NCBI GenBank assembly: GCA_022813965.1
Contig: JALDZS010000028.1
Span: 1 to 64,000 of the forward strand
Length of the DNA stretch: 64,000 nt
Reading direction: 5' to 3'
Source of the DNA: Toensbergia leucococca
Taxonomy: Eukaryota
Below the pieces are notes generated by a model. That model made no database searches. It worked only from the letters and a program-made list of their open reading frames with translations, and had not been told where the DNA came from. Of this stretch, positions 10,860 through 23,781 are shown one piece after another. How positions within the stretch are numbered: the first letter of the stretch is position 1; each line of letters starts with the position of its first letter. Position numbers and translations under genes: made by a program.

Positions 10860-12310
10860 TTCCACTCAAATGACAAATAATGAGACAAATTCCAATGGCA
10901 TACCTGAACCGAATCTACAATATACAAAGGTAAGCTCTAAAACGCGTATGCTATGATTCCAATTCTACTTACCCTTCTCTTTGTATTGGAATTTCTGACC
11001 ATGCCACTGATGCCCGGCACACGACCTTGCACATCATCTCCTGGCACCCTATGCCCTTGGCGCCACTCCTCTCCAATTGTCATTAAAAGGCACTATGAGC
11101 ACAACAAGTCCTACCAACGTCCTCCCCTGCCTGTCAGTATTGCTATCCTGGAAGAAGTGCATATTCCTTCAGAGTATGCCAAGTATTTGGGCAACGAAAA
11201 GCACTATCATGACTTCTTGATTTTCTTCCAAGCCGAAATAGACAAGAAATCACGAAAAGGTGTTAGCAATGAGTGTGTACTACAAGGAGATGAGCGTGCT
11301 GAGGATATGCTGGGCATGCTGGTCTGTCATCGTCTCTGGACTTGACTCGCATCACTCCCGACACTCACCCGGAACAAGTGTTTCCCTCATCCGGTCGTTC
11401 ATCTTCGCATTGATATTGAGTTCAAGTAACCTGCAATCATCGCTCAAGCTCTTGCCGAAGCAGCTGTGTATGATTCTTGGATTGAAAAATTCCTACTCGA
11501 GGCTGAAAAGGCAGCTAAAGAGACTAAAAAGCCGACTAACAAGGACATGGTAGATTCGCTTTATGAAATCCGCGCAGACAAAAAGCTAAGTACCGCCGCT
11601 CACGGGGACGATGGCGCCAAGATCCAAGACGGAAGCATGGTCCGAGCTCCGGAGGAGATGATCAAATATGCAAGCCAATATCCGTAGAGAGAACGGCAGA
11701 AATAACCAATGCTGCAGGTGGGCTCAGTTGAAGGCCTCGTCGTTTCATTTCAGAGCTCGAATCTGATCCGTATAGCATACTATACCAGAGGAGCACAATA
11801 TCCACCAAGGCAGATAATGTCCGATTTCTTCTGCATACACTGCGTCAATTGTAATATATTCTTCTCTGCCATCCAAATGTAGCCGTGGATCAGCGACAAA
11901 AACAAGGTCCGTCTCCTAGAATGGAAAGGCCGCCTGGACGCGTGCATGTATGCCTATCGAAAATCCCCAAAACCGCTTTTAGACGAGATATCCAATTACC
12001 AGCCCAAGCAACCGGGTGCTTCGGGGGATGACCCGTGGGCGTCATTGATAGGGAGTATCCGCAATTATGAAGATGACTGCCATGAGAACAAGCTTATTCG
12101 GGCTTTGGCACACGGACAGGGAATTTGTAAGCCTTACGAGCATGATCCTGAGTTCAGAATAAAGGACAAGATATGGTTGCGACTGGAGCACATGGATAAG
12201 CAGTGTACTGAAGAAATCGAGGGTCGGACTGACGAGGCGCATAGTCGTCAATTTCATCGAAGACACTGGAGAAATATCGGTACACTCTGCTGGATTTGAT
12301 GAAGCTTGAC
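10860..12310 (+). pseudogene. Questin oxidase/HypA (AflY-like) family pseudogene
   Basis: Fragments in different frames: HYEHNKSYQRP, KYLGNEKHYHDFLIFFQAEID, DFFCIHCVNC, NKVRLLEWKGRLD, EDDCHENKLIRALAHG; multiple frameshifts and stops. Confidence 0.75.
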
Positions 12311-12680
12311 CAAGTAAGTGAATTTCATACTAATTGATTGAACGTTGCTGATGTGAACGCTCGCTTAAATTATGGGAACCGCCCAAGAGCACAGTTGTGG
12401 TAAGGGATTTAGAAACCGAGAACAGCCGTGTGGTGTGTCATCAGGAAGAGATGATCCGGACATGTCAATGAGACTAGACTTCATTGACAGTGAACGAGGA
12501 ATGACAATGCCCTATCTTAGAAGCACGAGAAGCAAAGTGCTTAGTTCAAGGAAGTGGTCGTTTGCTACCATTCTTTTGAACTCCTTTCCTTTAGATCGAT
12601 GATACTGCTATGTCTCCGTCTACTGCCTGTCGCTATGACAAGTGAATAATACCAGGGGGGCTGTTAGCTGTCTTTTTCGT

Positions 12681-15236
12681 TCAAATCAAATCTCGATGCT
12701 GCTGTTTCAGCCGTTGCTGCTCGCGCTCGAACTTTTTGAATAAGGGATTTCGCTTTCCTTTGAGATCCTTGTTTCGGCTTTTGTTGTATTCGATATAAGC
12801 CTAAACATTGTTTAGTAACTTGCAACAAACAGACAAAATATCTGGAGAAAATCGAACCATATCTTGTCCGCCGCTCAGCTCACTGAGCATGCCTGCAGTT
12901 CGCTTTGCTCCTTTCTTCGCGATCCCACCCTTTCCTCGAGTCCCACGCGATCGAGCACCGAACAAATCGTCGTCAATCTTTTCGACATCCGCCGACGTCT
13001 CGTTCTGTAGCATAACCTCTTGCAGCAGCTCTCGTCGTTCGGCAGCGGATGCGTATGCTAGGCCTGGAAGCTCCTCAATACCTTGCAGATGCGTGATGAC
13101 CTTGAAAGCATAGCCTTGATCAACGAGGAAGGCTTGACGCTTGGAGGAATAATACATTTCTTGCGTGTCTTTGGAAACCAAAGAATAGAAGAAGGCATTG
13201 AATCCTTCGTCGTTCCTACGCTTCGCTCGGAGAATACGACCCAGTCGTTGAGCCTCTTGGCGACGAGACCCATAATGTGAGGAGATTTGGATGAGGCACG
13301 TCGCTTCGGGTAGATCGAGTGAAGTGTCTCCAATCTTGGACAAGAAAATGGTGTTGACCTGCTCATTATGCTGGAAATTTTCAAGAATCCGCAAGCGCTC
13401 ATTTTGAGGTGTGCCACCGAAGATGTAAGCCTTGTTAAGCTTGAGGGCATATCTTTCAAGGGCGAAAACGTTATCTGAAAAGACGATGACTTTGTCGCCA
13501 CGCTTTTCGTGGTAATCGATTAAAAACTGACAAGCCTGAAATTTTCTCGGGTTCATGATATAGAGCAAAGCCCGTTTTCTTGAAGATTCGCGAAGATACT
13601 CTTGATAAAATTCCGTGGTCATGGGGCACCACACCTCGGCACATTGCACTTTAGCAATATGACCTTGATCTGCCAGCTCCATCCAGTTCGCTTCGTAGAG
13701 CTTCGGACCGATCAAGAAATTGAGATCGGTAATCTTATCATCTTCACGAAGGAGCGTGGCAGTGAGACCCAGCTTTGAATGGGTTGCAATCGAGTGAGTG
13801 ACCTTTCTAAAAATTGATGCTGGAACAACGTGCACCTCGTCAAGGATCATTAGTCCCCATTCCCTCGACTGCATGAAATCCATCATTTTCTGCGCGTCAT
13901 ACGATCGTGACCGCGTCTGTGTTACCATCGAGTAAGTAGACACAATGATGCCCGTGCTCCTCGAAAACTTTTCCTTGCTATCAGACGTGAAGATGGCAAT
14001 GTCGTTAGGGCTGATGTTAGACCATTTGAGGAATTCATTTCTCCACTGAACCACAGACATGGAACTGGTGCATAGAATGACAATTCCCTTCCTGATCGTG
14101 CAAGCAGCGGTGATGCCCACCAGCGTCTTACCTGCGCCGCAGGGTAAGACTATTATACCACTTCTGGCTCGACCATTGCTGAACATTTTACTGAGACTCT
14201 TCTCTTGATAACTTCGTATCGTGGTGTTCGGCTTCAAGTCGATGTCTAGGTTGGCGTTGACCTGGTCGTTGTGAAAGTCATATTCCTCAAGAACGGGATA
14301 TCCCAGGTCAAGGCAGCGTTTTTGAACCGGTTCCACCCCACTTGCGGGAATCTCGACGGAATGAATATGCTTGTCGTCATCATCGTCATCGTCGTCCTCC
14401 ATTAAGTTAAGGAAAATGTCGTCCTCTTTGACCTGTCCGCCTTGAGCTCTTTCTTGGCTTTGTATATCAGGCTGTTGTTTCACGCCCGCAGCATCCCGTG
14501 TACCGGGTATCACCAGGGCCCCCAGCTTCGGTGCTTTCTCGGTGATGATGTCCTCATTTCCCCCTATTCTCTGTGCTCCAATAACCTCATCTTGGACGAG
14601 CTCCTGTAAGACCTTGGCGTCCGGTGTTTCCAGGAAGTAACGATTATGCTTCAGAACTAACTTGACCTTTCCAAAAGCTTTGGTACAATTACGGATAAAG
14701 TCCTTGGTCTCTGTAGGCAAAGGCGTCTTGGATAATCGGTCCAGGAAATTGATGATATCTTGGGGTACCAAGCCTACCGACACAGCAGCATATAGGCTGT
14801 GCACAGTCAAGGCATATTCGTGCAGAAAACTGGGGCGGGACAATGGTTCTGCAATAGTTGTGAGAAAGTCCTGAGCATGAGCGGCGAGAGGAGAGAAGCT
14901 TTCTAGAGTAATCCTTGCCTTCTTCGCATCAATCCACAATGGGCGATTCTCATGGTCTGGTTTCAAATTCAGATACGAAAGATCAGTGATTCCGTTGATC
15001 TTTAAATCACGATTTGACAGTCGATTTTGATTTTTGCTCCGACTCTTCAAAGAGTCGGCGGAGAAGGCCTTTACGGCTTTGCTGAGGTTCTCCGCCTCAC
15101 TTGCACTAGCCTCATCGCCTTCTCCAGAGTACTCATCACTGCTTCCGATACTTTGAGGTGTTGCTGGGCCTGAGCTAGATTTCTTCAGTGCCCTGGCAGC
15201 CGGAGTACTTGCAGGTGCTTTCCGCTTGGTTGCCAT
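12681..15236 (-). CDS. SSL2: TFIIH helicase XPB
   Basis: [43 protein letters not shown]. Last intron about 12857-12801 gives terminal exon [11 protein letters not shown]...RDLI*. Confidence 0.97.
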
Positions 15237-15600
15237 TGTCTCGACAGATTGAATGAGCCGACACTTTAACCCACAGTCTTCCGTGCAGAGAAGCTGCGCT
15301 CTACCTGAGGGGCATGATATCAAAGCTGGTCTACCGCAGATGAGATATACAGAAATCTTCTCATTTTAGGATTGGAAATGACTCATCAATTAATTTACTC
15401 TGAAAGCATTCCTTTACATGATTGAATGCGGTCATCGTCACTAGTGCCTTATCGAGTTTAGGTACCTTAGGTATGCCAAGACTTAGATTCGCCTCCTACC
15501 ACTGATTCTAGCAGGCTTGTTAGAAACTCTTGTTTATCACGACACGCTATGCCGGAGTAGAAGTTCAAGTACTGCCACAACGGAAAGCGACTGATACGCC

Positions 15601-16101
15601 ATGAACACAGTAAGTTGCTCTACTTTCTGGCAACTCAACCAGCTGATTGGCAGTAGGTCCGATCAACATGGTATGTCTCCATAGCCATACATCGCTACCG
15701 GAAATTGATAGCTTCTGCATAGGATTGGATGGGGTTCTCTTATGGTTGGTATGAAATTGTGAGCTTCACGCCAGGAAGTCTACTAAATATCTATCTTAGC
15801 GGGCGGGGGAGCTTACTACTTTGCCAAACGGTCAATCAATGCCGACAAAAAAGCACGCCATGAAGCCGATATGAAACGACGACGACTCACCGAATCTCTC
15901 GAGTATAGTATGAAGCCTTCGCATCCAAAAGAGCACCTTCATAGAGGCGCAGATAGCGCTGGTAGTCCAAGTACTGAAGCCAGTCACGACCCAGCCCCCA
16001 CCCGCCATGCGCCTGAGGATGAAAGCCAAACCGTCAAAGAGAAGAGCAAGTATGAGGCAAGTGAGCCGTATCGGGGCAAAAAGGGGGACAGATTTAGCTA
16101 G
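15601..16101 (+). CDS. Small DUF4748-like membrane protein (4 exons, three very short)
   Basis: Exons 15601-15609, 15657-15670, 15723-15748 and 15800-16101 splice to MNTVRSTWIGWGSLMVAGGGAYYFAKRSINADKKARHE...; all introns GT-AG. Confidence 0.8.
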
Positions 16102-16407
16102 CACAATAGCAATGATTTGAGAGAGGAGGATCTTAGAATATGGAGCTAACCAACATCATGAGATTGTCCCAGAAAGGCAAGCACAGCGATGTGTGCAAAT
16201 TCAACACCCTCCGAGGATCTACAGACCTGAAAAAGATCTCGGTTTCTTCTTCAAGACTAATGTATTATACCGAAAGCTGATGCATGGAATTGCCCCTAAC
16301 ACCGTATTTCATATGCATCCTCGTGAGGATCATTCAAATCAAATTGTTCAACGCCATCATGTAATGTGGATACGCTAAATTTTCCCTCAACTGTTCATGC
16401 ATACGCT

Positions 16408-16713
16408 TCAAATGCTGTCACGACCAAGCCTCATAGCGATCGTACTGTCATCTGGTTCCACAATATGATGCGGCACGTTTCCTGAATTCTGTGTCAGCTG
16501 TGCTGCATAGTCAAAAGTATCGGTGGAATCGCACGTCCTAGGATAGCCAGCTTTGGCTTCACGGTTGCTCTCAATAGCAGGGGGTATGAACGGAGCAAGA
16601 GTGCCAGTTGTGAGAGCTCCCATAGCCAATGCGTTCCTGAAGCGGCTGTTGGGTGGTGTTGCACGGTGAGAAAATTCACGAACGTGACGGAAGATGTGAG
16701 TTGTGAGTGCCAT
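16408..16713 (-). CDS. Small hypothetical protein (101 aa)
   Basis: ATG ORF preceded by a canonical 5'UTR intron 16775-16725 (GTGAGT donor, GCTGAC branch, AAG acceptor). Confidence 0.5.
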   Translation of the reverse strand: MALTTHIFRHVREFSHRATPPNSRFRNALAMGALTTGTLAPFIPPAIESNREAKAGYPRTCDSTDTFDYAAQLTQNSGNVPHHIVEPDDSTIAMRLGRDSI

Positions 16714-17173
16714 GACCAGGTATACTTAAAGGTCAGCTGAACGTGAAGTGAGAGTTTTGCAAATCAAAGACTCACCTCTTAAGTCAGTCTTGGACACAAG
16801 ATAATGCTTTGATGAGGTCCCTTCCTTTGAGATGTACTTAAGAATGTGGGATGTGTTCCTGAATTAAATTATGGGAATGACTTCAATGCTCGCAAATCAA
16901 CCCTGTAGTAGTAATTCACAGTGACAACCTGGGGAACGGCTGAACATTCAAGGGTCCATCAGCTTGGACGTTTATGGCTTCGGGCTCTTTCCACTAATCC
17001 CCATCCGGTTTAGGTCTACGAATTAGATCTTCGCTTACCCATTCTGAATATTGCCATTCTCAGCAAGTGATCTGATTTCGAAACTCTAACCTAGTTTGGG
17101 AGACCATGTACTCAGGAATTTCTGATCAATAAGTTGTTATCAACAACCTGTATCAGCCTTGACCATTCATATC

Positions 17174-19067
17174 ATGGCCTCACACGCTCTCGCAATCGCC
17201 AAGGCATCCTTGTCTGCTAGCTTGATGAGACCCGACCCAGGTTCAATCCCGCGGACTGAGATTGCACATCTACATACCCTCCTTGATGCAGCACTGAGCC
17301 AATGCTCCACTGCCAACGTCCAGGTTTGAAGGCTGTATCTTACTAGCTTGATGAGATGGCTAAAAGAACTCCTGAGGATAGCTCTGTAAAGAATGGCTTA
17401 TTGAAAACGCCATAACATCAGCCTCCAGGACTGCTGCAGCTGGGAAATACCTGGTGGCACTATCAGCGTCATTCTCGAGGCCTGCCGAAGCAGTCGAAAG
17501 TATATCGAGCAAGGAAGATAAACCTTCCGCTCGACGGAGACAGCTACACATCCTGTATCTGCTGAACGACTTGCTTCATCACACCAAATACCACAGCCAA
17601 TCCTCTTCCGCATATTCCACCTTGACTGGTAGCCTTCAACCGTATCTTGTTGATCTCTTTGGTACCGCCTCAGCATGCGATCCCAGAAAGCATCTTAGGC
17701 ATTACGAGAAAGTCAACAGGTTACTTGGCATCTGGGACCGAAATGGCTATTATCACTCAACATATATTGAGAAACTACGAGAGACAGTGGCAAATGCGCC
17801 GAATTCTGGTGAACCAGGACTTGGAAGAGACTCAATGCCACTGGATGCTATTGCTGAAGGTGGTTCTAGTGAACCGCTTGCCAACAAGAAAGATGTGCCA
17901 TTCATTATGCCAGCTACACATGGTGATCCGTCCACTCCATTTTACGATCTTCCTGCTGGGAACATGATGCCCCATATAATACCCAACTCAACAACTCCGA
18001 TCAATCCACAGCTTGTCAAACCACTCCAATTCATCGCCGGACCGGCCGATGAAAGCTTAATTGTAGCCATCAAAAAATTTATGAAAGATGTCGACACCTT
18101 GGCGAGGCCTAGGTATGAAGAAGTCGATGACGTGATGACAGACATCGATGAGTTGGGGCAAACGATAATTCGCGATGAGACCACAAAGGAGCTTCTCGGA
18201 GGTGAGGGATACTATGGATGGTCCAAAGCTTTTTGCGAGAGATTAAAGAGGAGGCGCGATGGCCCAAAGACGAATCGGAGAATTATATCGCGGAATGAGA
18301 GTTCTGACCGAAGCATAAGTCCGCGCAAGCGAAGACGATATAGCTACTCCGAGAGTAGTAGGAGTCGAAGTCGTTCAAGGTCTTTCACTAACTCGCGCTC
18401 AAGATCCCGGGAACAGCCGGTGCATCCGATGAAACGGAATAGAAGACAATCTTATTCGAGATCCAGGAGTCTATCTAGAGATAATTCTCATCCCGAAGCA
18501 GGCCTATATCGTAGCCTCCGTAGTCGCTCTCATTCCAGCCCACGATCGAGATCGAAATCTTATTCGCCTCTTCGGCGTTTATCACCACCTCAGCAATATC
18601 AATCTCTCCAGGCTACGAATTTACAGCGCCCACTATCAAGCCAAGCGCAAGTGCTAGCTCAACCTCCTCCACTACCATTTCTGAACGCTCTTACACAGGG
18701 GTTTCCCGTGGGGCCTGGTGGGGTACCTATTCCCCCTCCGCGTCCACCGAATTATACAGGCCCGTGGCCGCCGCCACCTCCACCTCCCTTGGCGCGCACC
18801 TCTAATGCAGCCACGCAAGGAATATCATACCCTACATTTCCACTGTCGTCAGGGCCAAGAAGCTTTTCTACTCCAGGCCTACCACTCGGGCCCACTGGAT
18901 CTACAGGCAATCAGAGCCAAATGCCAACAAACAATGGCTCTTGGGGGCTGCAGCAACAGCAGAACGGGAACGGTGCATATACGTATGATGAAAATGCTGC
19001 AATGTCACCTTATATTGGACAGAGTCATAGTGACCGAGGTAGGGGGAGCCGTGGTGGCTGGAGATAA
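17174..19067 (+). CDS. CID (RNA polymerase II CTD-interacting) domain protein with RS-rich and Pro-rich regions (CHERP-like)
   Basis: Exon 1 MASHALAIAKASLSA...QCSTANVQ; intron about 17324-17381; then CKEWLIEN...RQLHILYLLNDLLHH, DLPAGNMMPHI, GYYGWSKAFCE and SR repeats. Confidence 0.8.
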
Positions 19068-19287
19068 TGGACGTGCAGGACTGTAGTTCATGTCCGTCTG
19101 GAACGCGAGGTACTGACATTCAATCAACTACTCCGTACATTCAAGACTGATCCGATGCAAATAGCTGATTGGATAACTTGCATGATGCGACAACAAAGAA
19201 GCATGACCAATCCGGTGCATCCCCCACCATTTACATAGTAGCAGGTTAGAGAAGTTGAACTTGGCTAAAATAATTGATCGCTTAATA

Positions 19288-19551
19288 CTTGGGCATTTAC
19301 GACTTAGTCTGTATACTAGTACAAGGTACGATACGTGGGGCATTGGAAAGTGGAGACGTGGAGAGATGCAGGTAGGCTCGGTAGGTAACAGAACTTGGAA
19401 TCTATGGCTTTCCCAAGCCCGAGGATAGAAAGAAGGCAAAGGATTTCCCCTGAGACGGCAGGGCACTCGCCATAGTGCAATAGTCTGATTCCTGATGCAC
19501 AGCAACGAGTGCAAGTCACAGTATTGAAATTTAGGTGGGGGTAGGACATAC
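19288..19551 (-). ncRNA. Candidate structured RNA within a long intron of a non-coding host transcript
   Basis: GTATGT donor at 19551; GACTAAG branch-like site at 19309; CAAG acceptor at 19288; two hairpins (19450-19521 and 19377-19423) with G-U pairs on the minus strand. Confidence 0.4.
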
Positions 19552-20566
19552 CTAGTCGAGCTTGGATCAAGATAACGCATCTCAAGTCGTCGTGTGGGGG
19601 AGGATGGGGAGGGAGGGGGAGTTCGTGGGTAGAATCATTGGAGTGAGGATCTAATGTTGCAGCATTTAAACTGGTAGCGCGACTCGTTACCCCTCGAGTG
19701 GGATCCGTCGTTGCGCTTTGACCATGGCCTGATTTAGCAGCAGTAGTTTCTTGATTGCCTACGACCTACTCTAGGTACCTCTACTCGTCTCTCTCGTGGA
19801 TCAGTCGGTAGGTGCTTATTGATAAGGTACATACCTTAGAGCGGTCAGCGCTACTAGACTACCTTACTACCGCTGAGCTTCTAGCCCTCCTTCCATCCTC
19901 CCAAGAGCGAAGACATCCACATAGTCACCCGTTATCTGCCCCGTGCTTTGTCCAATCTGGCTTCCTCGATCTTCCGTCTCTACACTGATACTCACATCCC
20001 TCGTTGCCCACCCACCAGCCAAGTCGTCCCACGTAATCATGCAGTTTACCCCACGCTGCGAGAGAGACCTGCGTTAAAGCTTGCATAAGTCCCCATTGCA
20101 TCAACGGGCATGCCCCAGATTTGAATGCTGGGCACGGACTGCAGTCACAGTCGTCGCCCGTGTTGAGCATCCTTCGTCATTTGTCCCCTAACAAAACTCA
20201 GGTCCTTCTCTTGCCAAACACGTGATTCGTCTCGTCTGAGTCCGCATGACCGCGCCTGCTGCATCGATCTATTCCGTGTATCAGTCTCCATTCCTTTGCG
20301 GCCGTCACTCTGCTTCTGTACACTTCTGCTTCACATATACGAGCTACTGATGAAGGAATCGGGAATGAACCGCACAAATTTGACATTTTGCCGTCCACCT
20401 GGCACCTTCCTACATCAGGACCGACCAGACGCTCCTGCTTCTTCTCTATCTATAAACTCCCAACAATTTGTTCTTCTTCACAATCTGCACCACATACCCA
20501 GACTCTCGATCTCTTTCAGCCTCCATTGATCCGGTATTACTTACCCGTTGATCGAGTCAATTGGCC

Positions 20567-21897
20567 ATGGAACAGTCCATGACTCTGATGACGGCCCAGG
20601 TCCACTTCATCGTAAGTCTGTATTGGAGCCTCTGACGAGCACCGGTCATCTGAAATAATGCTCGATGCCTGCACCGATGTTCACCAATCGAAAACCCCGC
20701 AGTGAGCTGATTCGGTTCTCACGATATAGGATGCCCGGCTGAGCCTGATTCACATTCCCCTGAGCCAGTATTCTCACTACTTGGAGTCGATTCTGAAATT
20801 ACTATTCCCAGCAGCGGCGACTGATGTTCTGCTGCACGACGATCTTGATCAGTCGTTCCAATCTAGTTCATCTTGGGCCAATCAACATCCCTTTCTGAAT
20901 GTTTCTGTCACGCCGATCGAGTGTTCTATTGTATGCTCGAAAACTTTGGCCCGTGGGCTTTTTCAGCCTGTGATTGCTCGAGTCAATGATGTGAGTGAAG
21001 CAGAATCAGATCGCGCCACCATCTCCATGGAAGATTTTGTCGTCATTTCAGTAGAAGGTGAAGGTCTAGAGGCAGGACAGCGAGTCCTGGAGCTAACAAG
21101 TCCCTTGGCCATGGCCGGAATGTATGAGCTTCCATTAATGATCGTCCACATGAAGTCTAACGAAGTGCAGTTCAATCTTCTTCATCACGACTTACTTCTC
21201 AGATTACATCCTAGTACCTGCCAAATCGCGTGGTCAAGTCATTCAAGCTCTCGAGGACCGTGGTTTTGCGTTCGTCAAAAGCGCCGAAGCTTACGTCAAT
21301 TCCGCGGCTCATCACCGCAACACGTCATCGACGTCCTCTTTCGAGGTTGCTCCGCCAAGGACTCCACCACCAACCACTGTCAGTGAACTCCAAGCTCGGA
21401 CTTTTGCTCTTCTGAAGCGGCGTAACATCACTCCGCGAGTGGATACTGATATTCGGCTCGTGCAATGTGCCGGGCGTCGGGATAACCCCGGCAGTTCCTC
21501 AGCAGATGAGTTGGGGCTCCAAGTTGGACTTACCAAGTGCTTGATCCATAAGCCACGCTTTCTCAGTCTCACGCTTACCGATGTCGAGCCCGCGTCTCTC
21601 CTCCTTGAGAGACGACTCATTTCTAACTTTGGATCAGGTGACGTTCTTCTTGGCAGTAAGGAAGACTTCTTGATACCAATCACGTTGGACCTTGAGCCAC
21701 TTCCTTTCGAGGCTACTGGCATCGTGTGTGGAGTTGCTGGTCGACTTGTTGGTGGAACTAGCGGGCGAACGACAGATTCAGTGGAAATGAGTTACCTAAG
21801 TACAGCTAGGGCTGGTACGGTAATGGTCGACGAGAACGATTTAGATCGCGCCATGGAAGCACTAAGAGCAGGCGATAATGAAGTCAATGTGCATTAA
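20567..21897 (+). CDS. CASTOR/GATS-like ACT-domain protein
   Basis: Spliced model (introns 20612-20729 and 21122-21170): FLNVSVTPIECSIVC, LEAGQRVLELTSPLAMAGISIFFITTYFSDYILVP, LPFEATGIVCGVAGRL, MSYLSTARAGTVMV. Confidence 0.85.
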
Positions 21898-22489
21898 AGC
21901 AGAGTCGTCGCCACTCATCGGGGCTACCTTTTGGATTCTTATTACCAGATTGATGGGAAATTTCAAAGCTTGCACCAACAAAAAGTACTTGTCAGAGGCG
22001 AGCGTGCATGGAGTAAGTATAAGTACTACCTTTACTGCCACAAAACGAGCAGATTGATGGGATTTTGTCACCAATAGCTGTGAGAAGTCAATGTACTGCA
22101 TCTCAGCGAAGGCATACCTAGAATGCACATGTGTTCAAGCTTCCAAATTAAGCAGTATATATCCTGAACTTGCCATCAAATCTATCCTGTCTTGAATGCC
22201 GCAAAGCAGCCGAGACCTTTAAAATAGTGAAGTTCTCAGACCGTAAAGGTCTGTTGTCAGAACTAAAGTGCCTACTTGCGTCGAACAACGCCATTGCGCT
22301 CGATGAAGAAGCCATCAGGCCGCGCAAATACGCAGCTCTGATTAGGGCTAGATTTTCCTTTCACATGCGTTGAGTTGTACAGAACAATGAATGGGTAATA
22401 TCGTTTGGGAGCCGTCCAAGTCCGCGCCGTTGATTAGTCCTTTGACAGCCGTGTAGCTTTGATTGTGCCAGCAGTGTACTCCAACTATC

Positions 22490-23781
22490 TTACACAGTCA
22501 TTCCCCAAACAGCGACAGTTCCTGGTGTGGGATTAGCGAAGCACCACGGCATGTGTACAGGCAAGACTCACCGTCAACACCAGCGCTGGCCCATTCTTTC
22601 CTCGCGGGATTCGACGCCACAGCACTAGCAACCTTGCCGCCATGCGCCTGAAGTTTATCAATCACCTTGCCCTCCAACACGTCCCAGGCATAAATCTCCC
22701 CATCCTCGCTTCCGCTAATCACCACTGCGTCTGCCAACCCCAGACAAGATCGGACTCGAAAGTCCTTGTTGGTGTGGCCTTTGAAGCTTTGCAGCATTTG
22801 CCCGTTGGACTTGTCCATGAGACGGATGGTGGAGTCCAGCGTGGAGACTAGCACAGCATTGCCATCCTTGGTCTGCTGGACTGAGGTGATGGGTTCTATT
22901 TGTCAAAAGTCAGTGAAAATGTATTTCCCAAAGCAAGGTATTGGCCGTCTCCATCCCGTACACGTACGTCCAAGAACATCCACATATACCATTCCCATCC
23001 TCAAGTCATAGACTCTCATCCTCCCGTCCACACTGCCAGTCACAATCTCATGCCCAACAACATGCAAGCTGCTCACACTATCCCTACTCTCCTCCAACAT
23101 CTGTATCGGTTTCGTAGTCTGGCTCTTGCAATCCCAAAGCCTAACCGTAGCGTCAAAACTCCCTATGAACCCCCCCCCAAAAAAAAATCAAATCAATCAT
23201 TCATCCAAAGATAACATGTAGTCGCATCTCCGCCAATCATTGTCGTCTGCTGAAACCCACATCAAGGGGCGCGAACGCACATACCACTGACCAAGACTGA
23301 ATCCCCCTCACCCCCAAACCCCACACAGTTCACCCTTCCGAAATGCCCGCTCCACCTTCTGACCGTCCGGGCGGTAGCCACGTCCCATAAAAACACTTGC
23401 TTGTCTCCGCCCACGCTCGCGAACCGCGCGTTGTCATCTGTGACAGCTAGGTCGAGGACTTCGTAGCCATGCGCGGAGTAGGTTTGCACGAGGCCGGATT
23501 TGGGGACTGCGAGGGAGGCTTTGGCCGGGTTGTAGAGGTGGATGGCGCGATCCGAGGAGCCGGTGAGGATCTGAATTCGGGAGTATCATCTGAGCTGTGC
23601 AGCTGAGAGGGCCAGGGAAGATGGGAGGGAGGCATACATATTGGCCTAGTCCGGCGCTGTAGGTGACGCAGTGAACGGGGCCTGCGATGCTGGGTGAGTT
23701 CTATGTGCGCTGAGGCGTAGGTTCTCTATATCTACCAGTATGCCCGGTAAGTTGGGTCACTTGGCGATTAGGGAAGATCAT
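22490..23781 (-). CDS. WD40 repeat protein, WDR83/MORG1 homolog
   Basis: Multi-exon: MIFPNRQVTQLTGH, YSAHGYEVLDLAV, SVGGDKQVFLWDV, GSVDGRMRVYDLRMG, STLDSTIRLMDKSNG, SGSEDGEIYAWD. Confidence 0.85.

Noticed and set aside
8560..12400. Secondary-metabolite gene cluster
   Set aside because: No PKS, NRPS or terpene backbone gene in the window, and the tailoring-type gene is a pseudogene.
19450..19530. U1 snRNA or TPP riboswitch
   Set aside because: ATTGCAC is present, but there is no ATACTTACC 5' end or Sm site, and the TPP consensus elements are not present in order.
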